IMG/VR virus record: IMGVR_UViG_2974622993_000001
Coordinates: 4,390 to 68,389 of that record
DNA length: 64,000 bases
Reading direction: 5' to 3' (one strand)
Source of the DNA: a virus
Taxonomy: Duplodnaviria; Caudoviricetes
Both the position numbers and the translations under genes were made by a program. Under the pieces are notes generated by a model. That model worked only from the letters and a program-made list of their open reading frames with translations, had not been told where the DNA came from and made no database searches. Shown piece by piece: positions 39,430 through 48,903 of the stretch (the first letter of the stretch is position 1; every line of letters begins with the position of its first letter).

Positions 39430-39487
39430 GTACAGGAACTTAAACGAAGTGTCAAAGTTGACCCGGGTTTTAGTACAGGCGTACGAT
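39430..39487. promoter_or_regulatory. divergent sigma70/SigA-type promoter pair
   Basis: Plus strand: TTGACC(39458)-N18-TACGAT. Minus strand: TTGACA(39455)-N17-TACACA (weaker -10). Confidence 0.55.
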
Positions 39488-39518
39488 TAATGAACCTGCC
39501 AAAGAAAGGGTAAAAACC

Positions 39519-39968
39519 ATGTCTGACCTGAACATTTGGGCCATTCAGCCACACCCCGTAGGGGGTTACGCTGCCACGAAAGCTGAGACCGTCGAAGGCT
39601 CGCCACCCCCCGCTGGCATTGATGACCCGCAATTCGAAACAATAAGTCAGGCAACAGCTTACGTAGAGGCTTTGGGTGATCGATACATCGTAGTTGATAC
39701 CTACAAGGAAGATGCTCAGGAAGCACTGATTGCAAATAGTGCATTGCTTAACGACATTCAAGGCAAGATGAGCGACCATCAATTGATTGAGGTAATGCAA
39801 AAGGCGCAAGACCTTTCAACCATTGCCACCGCTGGAGTCATCCTATCCAATATGGAAGACGAAGAGGCGAAAGCTCTTGGCGCTAAGGTTGGTTCATTCG
39901 CAAACGACTATGCGGATAAGCTGCAAGAGGAAGTCCATAGCGTTGCTCGCGCACTAGGATTGGAGTAA
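39519..39968 (+). CDS. hypothetical protein
   Basis: AAAGGG SD; first gene of the rightward operon. Confidence 0.7.
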   Translation: MSDLNIWAIQPHPVGGYAATKAETVEGSPPPAGIDDPQFETISQATAYVEALGDRYIVVDTYKEDAQEALIANSALLNDIQGKMSDHQLIEVMQKAQDLSTIATAGVILSNMEDEEAKALGAKVGSFANDYADKLQEEVHSVARALGLE

Positions 39969-39971
39969 GCC

Positions 39972-40898
39972 ATAACCGATTACGAGATTAAACGTAACTA
40001 CCGTGGGCAACCGTGGATTGGGTTACCAGACTACCCCCCACTGACATTCGAGTACAAAGAGAATGCCGAAAAGCATTGGTACATAAGTAAAGACGAACAT
40101 GCGCGAGTCTACGGCAGGCCATCCGGAATGTTAGACCCTCTGAGTGATAAAGAGGGGCTGTACATTTGGAAGATGGTCCACGTAGGTATTGGCGTGGCCA
40201 AGGATGACGGTATCCGTAGCGATTTCATTTCCATGGTGAATGAGGGTTACCCTGACCCCTGGAATTCCGGCAAGCATAAGATTAAATACCGTCTCATCAA
40301 GGCGGCTGAGGCGGCAATGGCCGCAAGCGGAACCAACAAAAGTTCTTCTGCCGGAACAGAATTCCACGGCATCGGTGAGCGAATCAATCGTGGTCAGCCA
40401 GTCCATGTGCGAAAAGAGTTGCAGCCCTTGGTAGATCAATACTGTGTTGCCGTAAGGGATTTCGAGTTCATCTCTATTGAAGCTTTTGTGGTTAACGATG
40501 CGCTAGAGGTAGCCGGATCGGTGGATTACGTTGTGCGCCTACCAGATTGGTTCAGCATTCCCTTACCCTCTGGGGAAGACCTGCACCTAGGTGGGAAAGT
40601 GGTTGTGGCAGACCTAAAGACGGGGCAGTACAAACCATTTGAAGTAGGCGGTCAGCTTGCCGCGTACGGGTTTGCCCAAAAATATGACCAGGCAACGAAT
40701 CTCAGGTCACCTATTCACGAAGACCTCTGTACCGACTGGGGTTTGGTGATCCACTTCCCCATTCGGGATGAGAACCCAGAGGTTAGATTCTATCTCGTGG
40801 ATATCAACAAGGGTCTAGAGAATGCGGAGATTGCTAAGGCAGTTCTGTTCGCACGCAACAACATTGAGGACTATGAAGTAAAGGAGCCTGAGTGGTGA
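39972..40898 (+). CDS. PD-(D/E)XK exonuclease (RecB/Cas4-like), apparent ATA start
   Basis: GTEFH, VAGSVDYVV, VADLKTG, QLAAYG; frame open back to 39969. Confidence 0.8.
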   Translation: MTDYEIKRNYRGQPWIGLPDYPPLTFEYKENAEKHWYISKDEHARVYGRPSGMLDPLSDKEGLYIWKMVHVGIGVAKDDGIRSDFISMVNEGYPDPWNSGKHKIKYRLIKAAEAAMAASGTNKSSSAGTEFHGIGERINRGQPVHVRKELQPLVDQYCVAVRDFEFISIEAFVVNDALEVAGSVDYVVRLPDWFSIPLPSGEDLHLGGKVVVADLKTGQYKPFEVGGQLAAYGFAQKYDQATNLRSPIHEDLCTDWGLVIHFPIRDENPEVRFYLVDINKGLENAEIAKAVLFARNNIEDYEVKEPEW

Positions 40899-40899
40899 A

Positions 40900-41139
40900 A
40901 TGGGAGTAACTAAGAAAGAGGTTTGGGAATATCGTTGCGACCGTTGCAATCATACAAGCGATAAAGAGCTTTCTCGTAGCGGTTGTGCGAATATCACTGT
41001 TACGTATACGGTTGTTGGAATGGATCATGACGTTGGGGGATGGACCGAAAAGGGACTATTCCTATGCGGATATTGTTCTCAGATGCTTAACAGTTTCATG
41101 CACGGTGGAGAACTGAAAGGCGAAGAATTAAATGGATAG
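40900..41139 (+). CDS. Zn-binding hypothetical protein
   Basis: CDRC...LCGYC motifs. Confidence 0.65.
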   Translation: MGVTKKEVWEYRCDRCNHTSDKELSRSGCANITVTYTVVGMDHDVGGWTEKGLFLCGYCSQMLNSFMHGGELKGEELNG

Positions 41140-41404
41140 CCTGACTTACAAAGGGCGACATGATGATTGGGACCCGAACTGGGTAGTCGGGCCAGATTCC
41201 TATGGCGCGTTCTACATTCCAGTGTCAGCGATGTATGACGAATACGAAGACAAAACCGTTGTGTCATTTAAGCCTTGGACACCAGACCACGAATTCGACC
41301 CGCGCCCGATGCTTCCCGTATCTGACATGGACGCTTTCGAATACCTACAAAAGATGGGGGAAAGGATGGCCCGATGGATGGCACAGCAGTCGCAGAGCGA
41401 GTAG
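41132..41404 (+). CDS. hypothetical protein
   Basis: Coupled ORF. Confidence 0.65.
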   Translation: MDSLTYKGRHDDWDPNWVVGPDSYGAFYIPVSAMYDEYEDKTVVSFKPWTPDHEFDPRPMLPVSDMDAFEYLQKMGERMARWMAQQSQSE

Positions 41405-41643
41405 AACTATCAGAGGAAATTCTAGAGGAACGTTTACCCTGTAGGGTGCGTGAGGGTTTCGTGGCTTGCCCCGATGAGGCTACTTGGATTATCACCAAGA
41501 CCTGTTGTGGCGCAACTACTTTCATGTGTGAGAATCATTTCCATGCGGTGATGCATGATCAGATTGCCCAAATGGGTTGCACCAGGTGTGAATTCATTTC
41601 ACGTCCAGCATCATCGCAAGTCGATACATTCAGGAGAGTTTGA
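41374..41643 (+). CDS. Cys-rich hypothetical protein
   Basis: Multiple Cys/His residues. Confidence 0.6.
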   Translation: MDGTAVAERVELSEEILEERLPCRVREGFVACPDEATWIITKTCCGATTFMCENHFHAVMHDQIAQMGCTRCEFISRPASSQVDTFRRV

Positions 41644-41933
41644 TGCTGCCAAATATAAAGCTAGGCTTCTCAACTCAGGAGCGCCTAGAAAATACGGGGT
41701 GGCTTGCCGGTGGGTTGTTCATCCTAGCTAGCACAATCTATTTCACTTGGTTCCTCTTTGCCTTTTGGGGAGTGAACGGTCATGACATTCCTACCTATCT
41801 GGAAGTGCTCTCGGCAATCACGTTGATCCCCTTTGTGATTGGGGTTGTTTGCATTGTCGGTGGAATCTGTATTGGCATAGGCGAATTGGTAAGCGATTGG
41901 CACAGGAGTCTGCCTTACGATGACGAACACTGA
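41640..41933 (+). CDS. membrane protein
   Basis: Two transmembrane segments. Confidence 0.65.
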   Translation: MMLPNIKLGFSTQERLENTGWLAGGLFILASTIYFTWFLFAFWGVNGHDIPTYLEVLSAITLIPFVIGVVCIVGGICIGIGELVSDWHRSLPYDDEH

Positions 41934-42309
41934 CCCGCTAAGTGTCCCCGGAATTGCTGTGGGACAACAGGAATTAGAAGGCAAGCTACAGCTAATCCCT
42001 GAGGCTCTACGGAAATCGAGTGAAGACTATGCACGCAAGCTAGCGGACTATAAGAAATCGTATTCCCTTGCGCTAGCGGCAGTTCCGTACTTCAACAAAG
42101 AGGACCGTAGGTACACCAACGACGAACGAAAAGAGATGGCCTACCTAGAGGTTGAGGAGAAGTGGCTAGACGCTGAGCTAGCGAAAGTTGAAATGAATTA
42201 CTATAAGTCGGTGGAAGAAATCCTGTCATCGGTGCTGAACTCACACCAGAGTAGAATGAAGGCGGCGCTGAAAGTTGAAGAGGCACATGAAAGGTACGGA
42301 CAGGGATGA
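41920..42309 (+). CDS. coiled-coil hypothetical protein
   Basis: Coupled ORF. Confidence 0.65.
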   Translation: MTNTDPLSVPGIAVGQQELEGKLQLIPEALRKSSEDYARKLADYKKSYSLALAAVPYFNKEDRRYTNDERKEMAYLEVEEKWLDAELAKVEMNYYKSVEEILSSVLNSHQSRMKAALKVEEAHERYGQG

Positions 42310-42584
42310 CGTATTCAGAGAACTACGACGAACAGTCTGGCAATTGGGGATTCGCTGGAATCATGCCTGTTGCAGCAACATTCGGATTAGAGGAGGAACA
42401 GAAACAATTAATCCTTGTCCTGTCCGTTGCTCGTGGTCAGGTACTTGAATTGCTTGACTACACAGATGACAGTGAATTGAAAGTCGTTCTGCCAGTTGAG
42501 CCTGACGAGATTGACTCATGGCTAGGAGCATTGAATGCCTACAAGGATTGCCTTAATGACAAGGAGCCGGAAGCGCCGCAATGA
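42306..42584 (+). CDS. hypothetical protein
   Basis: ATGA coupling. Confidence 0.65.
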   Translation: MTYSENYDEQSGNWGFAGIMPVAATFGLEEEQKQLILVLSVARGQVLELLDYTDDSELKVVLPVEPDEIDSWLGALNAYKDCLNDKEPEAPQ

Positions 42585-42787
42585 TAATCAATGAGTTCCG
42601 TTGTGACAGATGCAAAATTGCAGGGTATAAGGAAAATAGCTTAGACGAAGCTCCGCATGGATGGTTTGTATTGGTACTTAATAGTACCGCAAAAAACCTG
42701 CTTAAACACAGGAATGTGAATGAGATTCATTTGTGTGGGGAATGCTCACCAGGATTCTTTTCCAGGTTGGAGGCTTATCTTAGTTGA
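42581..42787 (+). CDS. Zn-binding hypothetical protein
   Basis: CDRC...HLCGEC. Confidence 0.6.
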   Translation: MIINEFRCDRCKIAGYKENSLDEAPHGWFVLVLNSTAKNLLKHRNVNEIHLCGECSPGFFSRLEAYLS

Positions 42788-43113
42788 GTGAAATTCAGAA
42801 GCGAGACAAGTGGAGTGACCAGGACCTTTCCGAATGGGTAGAGCTTATCAAAAAGGATGAGCTTCCCTATGTGGAACAATTGAAAATCCTGTCATTCTGC
42901 AAAGACCTATACGAAACTTACTCAGACTTGTATCAGGAATACACCAGGCTTTATGGTCTGTATAACGATGCGAGACAACGGCTTCAAAAGTTGGCTGATC
43001 CTGTGGCTAGGATGATTTGGGTTATCCTTCACGACGATAAGATGACTGATGAAGAGAAAGAGAGAGCTATCATTTATTGGGCACAGCAAGTGGAGCTGGA
43101 TTTTCTGGGATGA
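42784..43113 (+). CDS. hypothetical protein
   Basis: Coupled ORF. Confidence 0.6.
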   Translation: MSEIQKRDKWSDQDLSEWVELIKKDELPYVEQLKILSFCKDLYETYSDLYQEYTRLYGLYNDARQRLQKLADPVARMIWVILHDDKMTDEEKERAIIYWAQQVELDFLG

Positions 43114-43367
43114 GCAGTTGGTGGGCAAGTGCCAAATGTAGAGGCATGGAACCCCATCTGTTCGATATCGAAAGCCTAACTCCTGGAAAGGAATTAGAGG
43201 AAGCTCGTGAGCTATGTCGTGGTTGTCATGTCAAGCGCGAATGTGCCGCTGACGCATTGATTCCCATCGATGTATCGAAAGCTCTTGGGTTGCTTGGAGA
43301 ATCGGACCAAGTCCCTCACTCTGGTGTGGTGAGGGCAGGGATTCCAATTGGATTGATTGAGGAATAG
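43110..43367 (+). CDS. whiB: WhiB-family regulator (divergent)
   Basis: W...AKCRG..P.LF..ARELCRGCHVKREC; GVVRAG replaces GIWGG. Confidence 0.75.
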   Translation: MSSWWASAKCRGMEPHLFDIESLTPGKELEEARELCRGCHVKRECAADALIPIDVSKALGLLGESDQVPHSGVVRAGIPIGLIEE

Positions 43368-43368
43368 A

Positions 43369-43971
43369 ATGGATACAACTGAACAGGAAATGCGGGTTTG
43401 TAAGTCTTGTGAAATCTCTAAGCCTATCAACGAGTTTCATAAGTCAGGCCGGTATGGTGATGGGACAGAACGTAGACGATGGTTTTGCAAGCAATGTAGC
43501 TTGAAAGAGAAAACGCCAGAAGCTACAGCTAGGGCAGAAGCGGAAAGACGACGGAAGATTTCTAACTCGAATAGGAATCGAACTAAAGTCGCACAAGAAA
43601 ACTTCATAGAGGATTATACATTTCTCAAGGAACAGGGCATGTCTCACGAAGACATCGCGAGAAGCCTTGACATGAAACCTGATTCGCTAAGAACTAAGTG
43701 TCAGCGTTTGGGTATTCCTGTGGCATTGAATCCGGATCAGAAGTTGATTAAACGTCAGTACGAATTGCTGGTGAAAAAGGGAAAAGTGTTCAGCTTCAAC
43801 AACATTGCGATGGTGGACCCTACCCCTACTAACCTCACGTTCTGGCGATTGATTACCAATGAAGGTCTCAAAGAGGGTGCCATTCGGGAATTGGGTACAG
43901 AGAAATCATTCTGGGATAAAGGGCATGGGGCTAACTTCCCTGTCTTTGTGAGGGCTGATGTTTCACTATGA
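43369..43971 (+). CDS. Zn-finger plus HTH DNA-binding protein
   Basis: CKSC..K...EF..CKQC; GMSHEDIARSLDMKPDSL. Confidence 0.65.
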   Translation: MDTTEQEMRVCKSCEISKPINEFHKSGRYGDGTERRRWFCKQCSLKEKTPEATARAEAERRRKISNSNRNRTKVAQENFIEDYTFLKEQGMSHEDIARSLDMKPDSLRTKCQRLGIPVALNPDQKLIKRQYELLVKKGKVFSFNNIAMVDPTPTNLTFWRLITNEGLKEGAIRELGTEKSFWDKGHGANFPVFVRADVSL

Positions 43972-44263
43972 AGAATGGGAGGATGATGCTTTGTGTAAAC
44001 AGGTTGGCACTGAGCCTTTCTTCCCGGAAAAGTTCGAAGGTAGTGGGAATATTGGTTACGCCTTTCGTGTTTGTGCCGCGTGCCCTGTAGTAGAGGAATG
44101 TCTACAGTTCGCTATTGATCACCAGGAGCTAGCCAAGTACGGTATTTGGGGAGGCACTACACCTAAGTGGAGACAGGAGTATCGAGAAGCCATGGGCATA
44201 AAGGGAATTGATTTTATGCCTAGTGAGCTAGGATGGGTTCGCGATGGTAGGGAGCTAGAATGA
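43958..44263 (+). CDS. whiB: WhiB-family regulator
   Basis: ALCKQVGTEPFFPE, CAACPVVEEC, YGIWGGTT. Confidence 0.92.
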   Translation: MFHYEEWEDDALCKQVGTEPFFPEKFEGSGNIGYAFRVCAACPVVEECLQFAIDHQELAKYGIWGGTTPKWRQEYREAMGIKGIDFMPSELGWVRDGRELE

Positions 44264-44658
44264 GCGAAACCGAATTGGGCTGGACTGATCCGACTAAACC
44301 TATATACTACAACGGAGCATTTTGGGCATTGCCACCACAACCCTTTTCACAAAGGTTCATCGTGGGAGAAAAGAAAGAGGAAGAAATGTTTGATGATAAT
44401 TCCACTATGGAAGCTTTCGATAGACTGCCGGAAGCCTTGCAGATTCGAGATCACGAAGACCTAACGGAATTGCCTGTCGGCGCAATGGTTATGGATATAG
44501 AACTTGACATCATGGTCAGGCAAGACGATGATGATTATCCTTTCAGACAGGTTGGTGGGGAATTTAACGACACAAATATTGACTATGACTCTCTCCTAGA
44601 TTGGTTGCCCTGCAAGCTAATTCACCATCCCGACTGGTGGCCGGGTTACGGTGAGTGA
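44260..44658 (+). CDS. acidic hypothetical protein
   Basis: Coupled ORF. Confidence 0.6.
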   Translation: MSETELGWTDPTKPIYYNGAFWALPPQPFSQRFIVGEKKEEEMFDDNSTMEAFDRLPEALQIRDHEDLTELPVGAMVMDIELDIMVRQDDDDYPFRQVGGEFNDTNIDYDSLLDWLPCKLIHHPDWWPGYGE

Positions 44659-44977
44659 ATCCGGTTGTCGCAAAACGGTTTCCAATAGGTCTGGTGGCCT
44701 GTGCGAGAAGTGTGGTAGACCAGGAACAGACATGCATCACCGCCGCAATAGGAGCCAAGGCGGGAAGTGGAACCCAGCCAATGTAATTCATCTTTGCCGG
44801 GACTGTCATGCCTATATGACAACCCATCCACTAAAGGGATACCAGGGCGGATGGATGATTAAGGGATTTCAATCCGAATATGATAGTCCTCTATTGCGTT
44901 GGGGGACTTGGGTTTTCATCGATGATGATGGGGAAGTAAAGGATGCGTTAGATGTATACGTTCAATGGCCTTACTGA
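44651..44977 (+). CDS. HNH endonuclease
   Basis: CEKC..DMHHRRNRSQGG..N..HLCRDCH. Confidence 0.85.
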   Translation: MSESGCRKTVSNRSGGLCEKCGRPGTDMHHRRNRSQGGKWNPANVIHLCRDCHAYMTTHPLKGYQGGWMIKGFQSEYDSPLLRWGTWVFIDDDGEVKDALDVYVQWPY

Positions 44978-45357
44978 TTACGAATGTGCCGAATGTGGTA
45001 GGGAGATAGGCGAATCTATTGATTGCGATACGTGCATGAAGTGGCTCATGGAATGGGAAAGTGTGACGTATTAGACAGCGTTTCATGTTTTGAGCGTGTC
45101 GGAAAGTGCCTGTACTGTCTTGTGTGACAATGAGTGCAGCGTGCAGAGCACACGTATACATTGCAACCTAAAAGGTTGCGAGACAGTGCAACTCAGCACT
45201 GTAATTTGGTTTTACTCCCGTTCGCTGGCTCACGTAAACGAGCGTAGCGAGCAAACAAAATAATCGATGGATATTGTGAAAACCTCCTGACGTAACCCTT
45301 AATGCAAGAGCGCAAACAGGTAACATTGCAGCGTAAAGTTTAAGGGGGTTACGCTAG

Positions 45358-45615
45358 GTGACCAACTCACTTGGGAGAGATTGGATGCCACTAGAATACG
45401 GTATCAGATATAAGAGAAAGCCTGATCCTCAACGAATTGACAAGTCCCACTTAGAGTTCGAAGAGGTGGTCATGCCGGTTGCCGCTCAGTCTATTGCAGA
45501 GCAGGCGGTGAAATCTGGTGTACCCGTTAATGGTTGGGACCACGAGGTAGTAGCCAGACGTGTCACCGAATGGCAATCACTAGAAGCAAAGGGAGACAAT
45601 GGAATACGAACCTAA
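45358..45615 (+). CDS. hypothetical protein
   Basis: AAGGGGG SD before GTG. Confidence 0.6.
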   Translation: MTNSLGRDWMPLEYGIRYKRKPDPQRIDKSHLEFEEVVMPVAAQSIAEQAVKSGVPVNGWDHEVVARRVTEWQSLEAKGDNGIRT

Positions 45616-45883
45616 ATTTGTATGGGGTCCAAAGGGTCCTGTTGATTTATGTGGTTGTCAATTCTGCGACAATGAATGGCAAATCATAATGAATGTGCTG
45701 GACCCTGACGGATGGCTAAGTCGCGCTTGCGGAATCGGGATGATCCTCTGCCCCGAATGTGGTTGTAAGCGTTGCCCTAAGGCCACCTACCATGGGCACG
45801 AATGCACTGGCAGTAACGAATCAGGCCAAAGCGGTTCTGTCTATGGTGATTTCATTTTACGCTCAGAGGATGAGGATGACTGA
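45599..45883 (+). CDS. Cys-rich hypothetical protein
   Basis: CGCQFC, CPECGCKRCPKATYH.H.C. Confidence 0.6.
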   Translation: MEYEPKFVWGPKGPVDLCGCQFCDNEWQIIMNVLDPDGWLSRACGIGMILCPECGCKRCPKATYHGHECTGSNESGQSGSVYGDFILRSEDEDD

Positions 45884-46313
45884 CCCCTACCTGGATATCG
45901 CCCGACAAGTATTAGGGCGTGTATGTGCAATTGACGGACGCTTTAAAGTAGTTCCAGGACAAGCGGACTCGTGGGCCGCAGTGTTTCGACAAGCGGGCAA
46001 CGTGTGGAAAGATGAAGCACTACAGGCAGTTAGCGAATACTACGCTACGGCAAGGTTTCCCATCATGCCGGTGGACGTAATCGAATACTGTAAAAAGCAA
46101 CCCGCCCATTCATCTTACGAACATGCTCTATCCGTTGTTGATGACGGCATTAAGAATCCCGCTAGCCGAAAGGTCGAAACCCTAAGCGGCATAGAGTATC
46201 CCGAGAAGAACGAGGAGAATTGGAGAGAGTACCCCGAAATCGTTCGCAAGTTTCTGCAAGAGAATAGAGAGAGATTGGCTAAAGCCATTGTGCAGGAAGG
46301 CGGTAGTGCTTGA
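45876..46313 (+). CDS. putative helicase loader / replication accessory protein
   Basis: SWA..F...EAL.AV..YY...IMP.DV pattern; directly upstream of primase-helicase. Confidence 0.5.
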   Translation: MTDPYLDIARQVLGRVCAIDGRFKVVPGQADSWAAVFRQAGNVWKDEALQAVSEYYATARFPIMPVDVIEYCKKQPAHSSYEHALSVVDDGIKNPASRKVETLSGIEYPEKNEENWREYPEIVRKFLQENRERLAKAIVQEGGSA

Positions 46314-47884
46314 CCGATTCCTTTAACAGGGTCATCGAAGCATTCCGCGCCAAGGGTTTGGAAGTTGAAATGGAAGTGGATGGTAGTGCCACTTGCCAAG
46401 GGCCAGGTCACAATTCAGGTGATCGATCCATCCACGTAACCAAAACCTATGGGCGTACACTGATTCACTCATTCGGCAAGAGTGATGTAATGGAAGTGCT
46501 TGAAAGTCTTGATCTTTCGTATGAAGACTTGATGGACTCTGACAAAATTGAATACAACTATCCTGATGGGAGAATGGTAACCCGCACTCCCGCAAAGGAT
46601 TTCTATCAGAGGAACGCTAATGGTAAATCCCTTTACCGTACCGAATTCTCTACTGACCCAATCTATTTGGTGGACGGGGAAGCTGACGTTCACATTCTTG
46701 AAGAACATGGAGAATCGGCTACCTGTGGTGCAGGAGGCGCGAACAACCTACACCTATTTGATCTTACGCCATTGTATGGGCGAAACGTTGTGGTCATTAA
46801 GGACAACGACGACGGAGCCGGTGAAGAACAAACCAAGAAAGCAATTGAACTCTTAGCGGGAAAAGCCAAGTCTCTCAAAGTGGTTACAGCCCTTGTCGGC
46901 AAAGATGCAAGTGATCATATTGCGGCAGGATATAGCGTGTCGGACTTACAGAATGAGAAGTCTTATGACACAATGATCTATGCGAAAACCGTTGTCCACC
47001 AGATTGAGAACAGTGAATCAATCGATGAAATCAAATCGAATCTGTATCGGACTGTGCGCCAAACGGATTCAACGGATTCCAATTTGGTTCGGTTCGATAA
47101 GGCTTACGATGAGTGGCTCGAATGGATGGCGGAAGACCCTGAGGGACAAGTCATTCCGACCCCATGGCTAGAGCTAGATGACCTACTGTCGGGCGGTATC
47201 TACAAAAAGGCATTGTATTTGTTGGCCGCACGTCCAGGTGTAGGTAAGACTGTGGGACTCAACAACTTTGCAATGACGGCAGCGGAGCGTGGATATAAGG
47301 GCGTTGTCTGGTCGGTGGAAATGCCGCGACACGAGGTAGTTTCGAGAATGCTTGCCGCAGGGGCCAGCGTGAACTATGGTGAGATTAGGCGCAGGTCAGT
47401 ACAGGAACAAGACATAATCACCGATTACGCCAAGCGTCAAAAGGATATCGGGCTTTGGATTTGTGATGATCCAAGGATCACGATCAATGAATTAGCTTCT
47501 GCCGCAACAAGAATGAAGCAGGAACATAACATCGATTTCATTGCTGTCGATTACCTGCAACTCATCAATCCAAATCGCAAGGGCACCAAGAGTAGGTCTC
47601 AGGAGGTTGGCGAAATCTCTTGGGAGCTAAAGACTTTGGCAAAGGAATTGGACATTGCCGTTGTCTGCGCAGTCCAGTTGAATCGCGGTAATGCACAGGA
47701 AGGAAGACCACCACGAGTCGATGACCTACGAGAATCCGGTCAGCTAGAACAGGATTGTGATGTGTGTATTCTGTTGCACCACACCGAAGATGGGACAATT
47801 GAGTTTAACGTAGGCAAAAACCGTAATGGCCCAACGGGTTCCATCGAACTAGCATGGCAACCCCAGTACGCACGTATCCGCTAA
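46310..47884 (+). CDS. dnaB: primase-helicase (TOPRIM plus DnaB-like)
   Basis: YLVDGEADV, IKDND TOPRIM; AARPGVGKT, SVEM, VDYLQL, VQLNR, LRESGQLEQDCD, KNRNGP. Confidence 0.92.
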   Translation: MTDSFNRVIEAFRAKGLEVEMEVDGSATCQGPGHNSGDRSIHVTKTYGRTLIHSFGKSDVMEVLESLDLSYEDLMDSDKIEYNYPDGRMVTRTPAKDFYQRNANGKSLYRTEFSTDPIYLVDGEADVHILEEHGESATCGAGGANNLHLFDLTPLYGRNVVVIKDNDDGAGEEQTKKAIELLAGKAKSLKVVTALVGKDASDHIAAGYSVSDLQNEKSYDTMIYAKTVVHQIENSESIDEIKSNLYRTVRQTDSTDSNLVRFDKAYDEWLEWMAEDPEGQVIPTPWLELDDLLSGGIYKKALYLLAARPGVGKTVGLNNFAMTAAERGYKGVVWSVEMPRHEVVSRMLAAGASVNYGEIRRRSVQEQDIITDYAKRQKDIGLWICDDPRITINELASAATRMKQEHNIDFIAVDYLQLINPNRKGTKSRSQEVGEISWELKTLAKELDIAVVCAVQLNRGNAQEGRPPRVDDLRESGQLEQDCDVCILLHHTEDGTIEFNVGKNRNGPTGSIELAWQPQYARIR

Positions 47885-47899
47885 GAAAGGTAATAAACT

Positions 47900-48298
47900 A
47901 TGGCAATGCCCCAGATTTCCGGTCGCGCTGCAATCATGCAGAAAGCTGGACTCACCGGAAAGTATGATGAAAAGGGAGTCTTTAAGGCAATGATCCCTGT
48001 TAAGTTCCAGAAATCCACCAAGCAGGATGACGGCACTTGGGTTAACGAAGACGAATTGTGGGTTACGTTCTACGCCAACGGGGAATTTGGTGAGCGTGTA
48101 GTAGATTCGTTCGGCCACATGGATTATGTGGAAGTATCCGGATTCTCTTTGCGGGCAACGGTTTTCACGCCCGACAATGGTAGTCCTCGTGTGTCGGCAA
48201 CTGCTGTGCTTGATCGAATTGCCAAGCTAGAGAGGGGTTCTGACGGAGACTACGAGGAGACCGTGGTTGTAGACAGGAACGATGATGGTGAATGGTGA
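47900..48298 (+). CDS. ssb: single-stranded DNA-binding protein
   Basis: OB-fold pattern (KQDDGTW..W..V); acidic C-terminus; follows helicase. Confidence 0.65.
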   Translation: MAMPQISGRAAIMQKAGLTGKYDEKGVFKAMIPVKFQKSTKQDDGTWVNEDELWVTFYANGEFGERVVDSFGHMDYVEVSGFSLRATVFTPDNGSPRVSATAVLDRIAKLERGSDGDYEETVVVDRNDDGEW

Positions 48299-48509
48299 GG
48301 AAGCGAAAGACCTTCTAGACCAATTGGATTCCCCAAAGTGTGAGGTGCTTTGGGGAGAGGGTGACGGGGTCTCATTATGTGACCAGGCTCCCGCCAATTG
48401 CTTTATCGAATTCAATAGCGGCAAGGGCAGAGTACAGAAATACGCCTGTGTTTCTTGCGGAATGAAAGTATCCGTTGGTGGATACATGATCAGAAGGCAA
48501 ATGCTATGA
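48282..48509 (+). CDS. Cys-containing hypothetical protein
   Basis: Coupled ORF. Confidence 0.55.
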   Translation: MMVNGEEAKDLLDQLDSPKCEVLWGEGDGVSLCDQAPANCFIEFNSGKGRVQKYACVSCGMKVSVGGYMIRRQML

Positions 48510-48727
48510 GTGGTGCTGTGTGTGCGGATTGTGCCCGTGAGGTTCCTAGTCCCCAAAGCGATATTGCTTATTGGGGTTACGAATACGAATTGCTGTGTGC
48601 CCCATGCTTTTACCGTAAGGTTCCGTGGCCACCCGATGCCAAGGAACGCGCGCTGGCCCGTCTGCGTCCAGGTGAAAGGCTGAAATACCCCACCATTCAA
48701 CGTGGATATGTGAGGACCACGCCATGA
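48506..48727 (+). CDS. Zn-binding hypothetical protein
   Basis: CADC...LCAPC. Confidence 0.55.
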   Translation: MSGAVCADCAREVPSPQSDIAYWGYEYELLCAPCFYRKVPWPPDAKERALARLRPGERLKYPTIQRGYVRTTP

Positions 48728-48903
48728 ATCCTTTTGTGGCACTGTTTCTTATCGTATTCGGCACGGTGGAATTTATTCTGCGCCTTGTGTTCCTCTTTGT
48801 TTTTAGTATTTGTACCCTATTCATCGGTCTAATTGTTATGTACGAACAGGGTACAGAGTTAGCCGATTTCCTTATCCCCTACCTTTGGAAGATGTTGAAA
48901 TGA
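48724..48903 (+). CDS. small membrane protein
   Basis: 59-aa hydrophobic ORF (MNPFVALFLIVFG...), below the ORF-track cutoff; ATGA overlaps on both sides. Confidence 0.6.
   Translation: MNPFVALFLIVFGTVEFILRLVFLFVFSICTLFIGLIVMYEQGTELADFLIPYLWKMLK

Noticed and set aside
39972-40898. Cas4-like nuclease as evidence of a CRISPR system
   Set aside because: Solo PD-(D/E)XK exonucleases are routine in phage recombination modules; no cas1/cas2 or array
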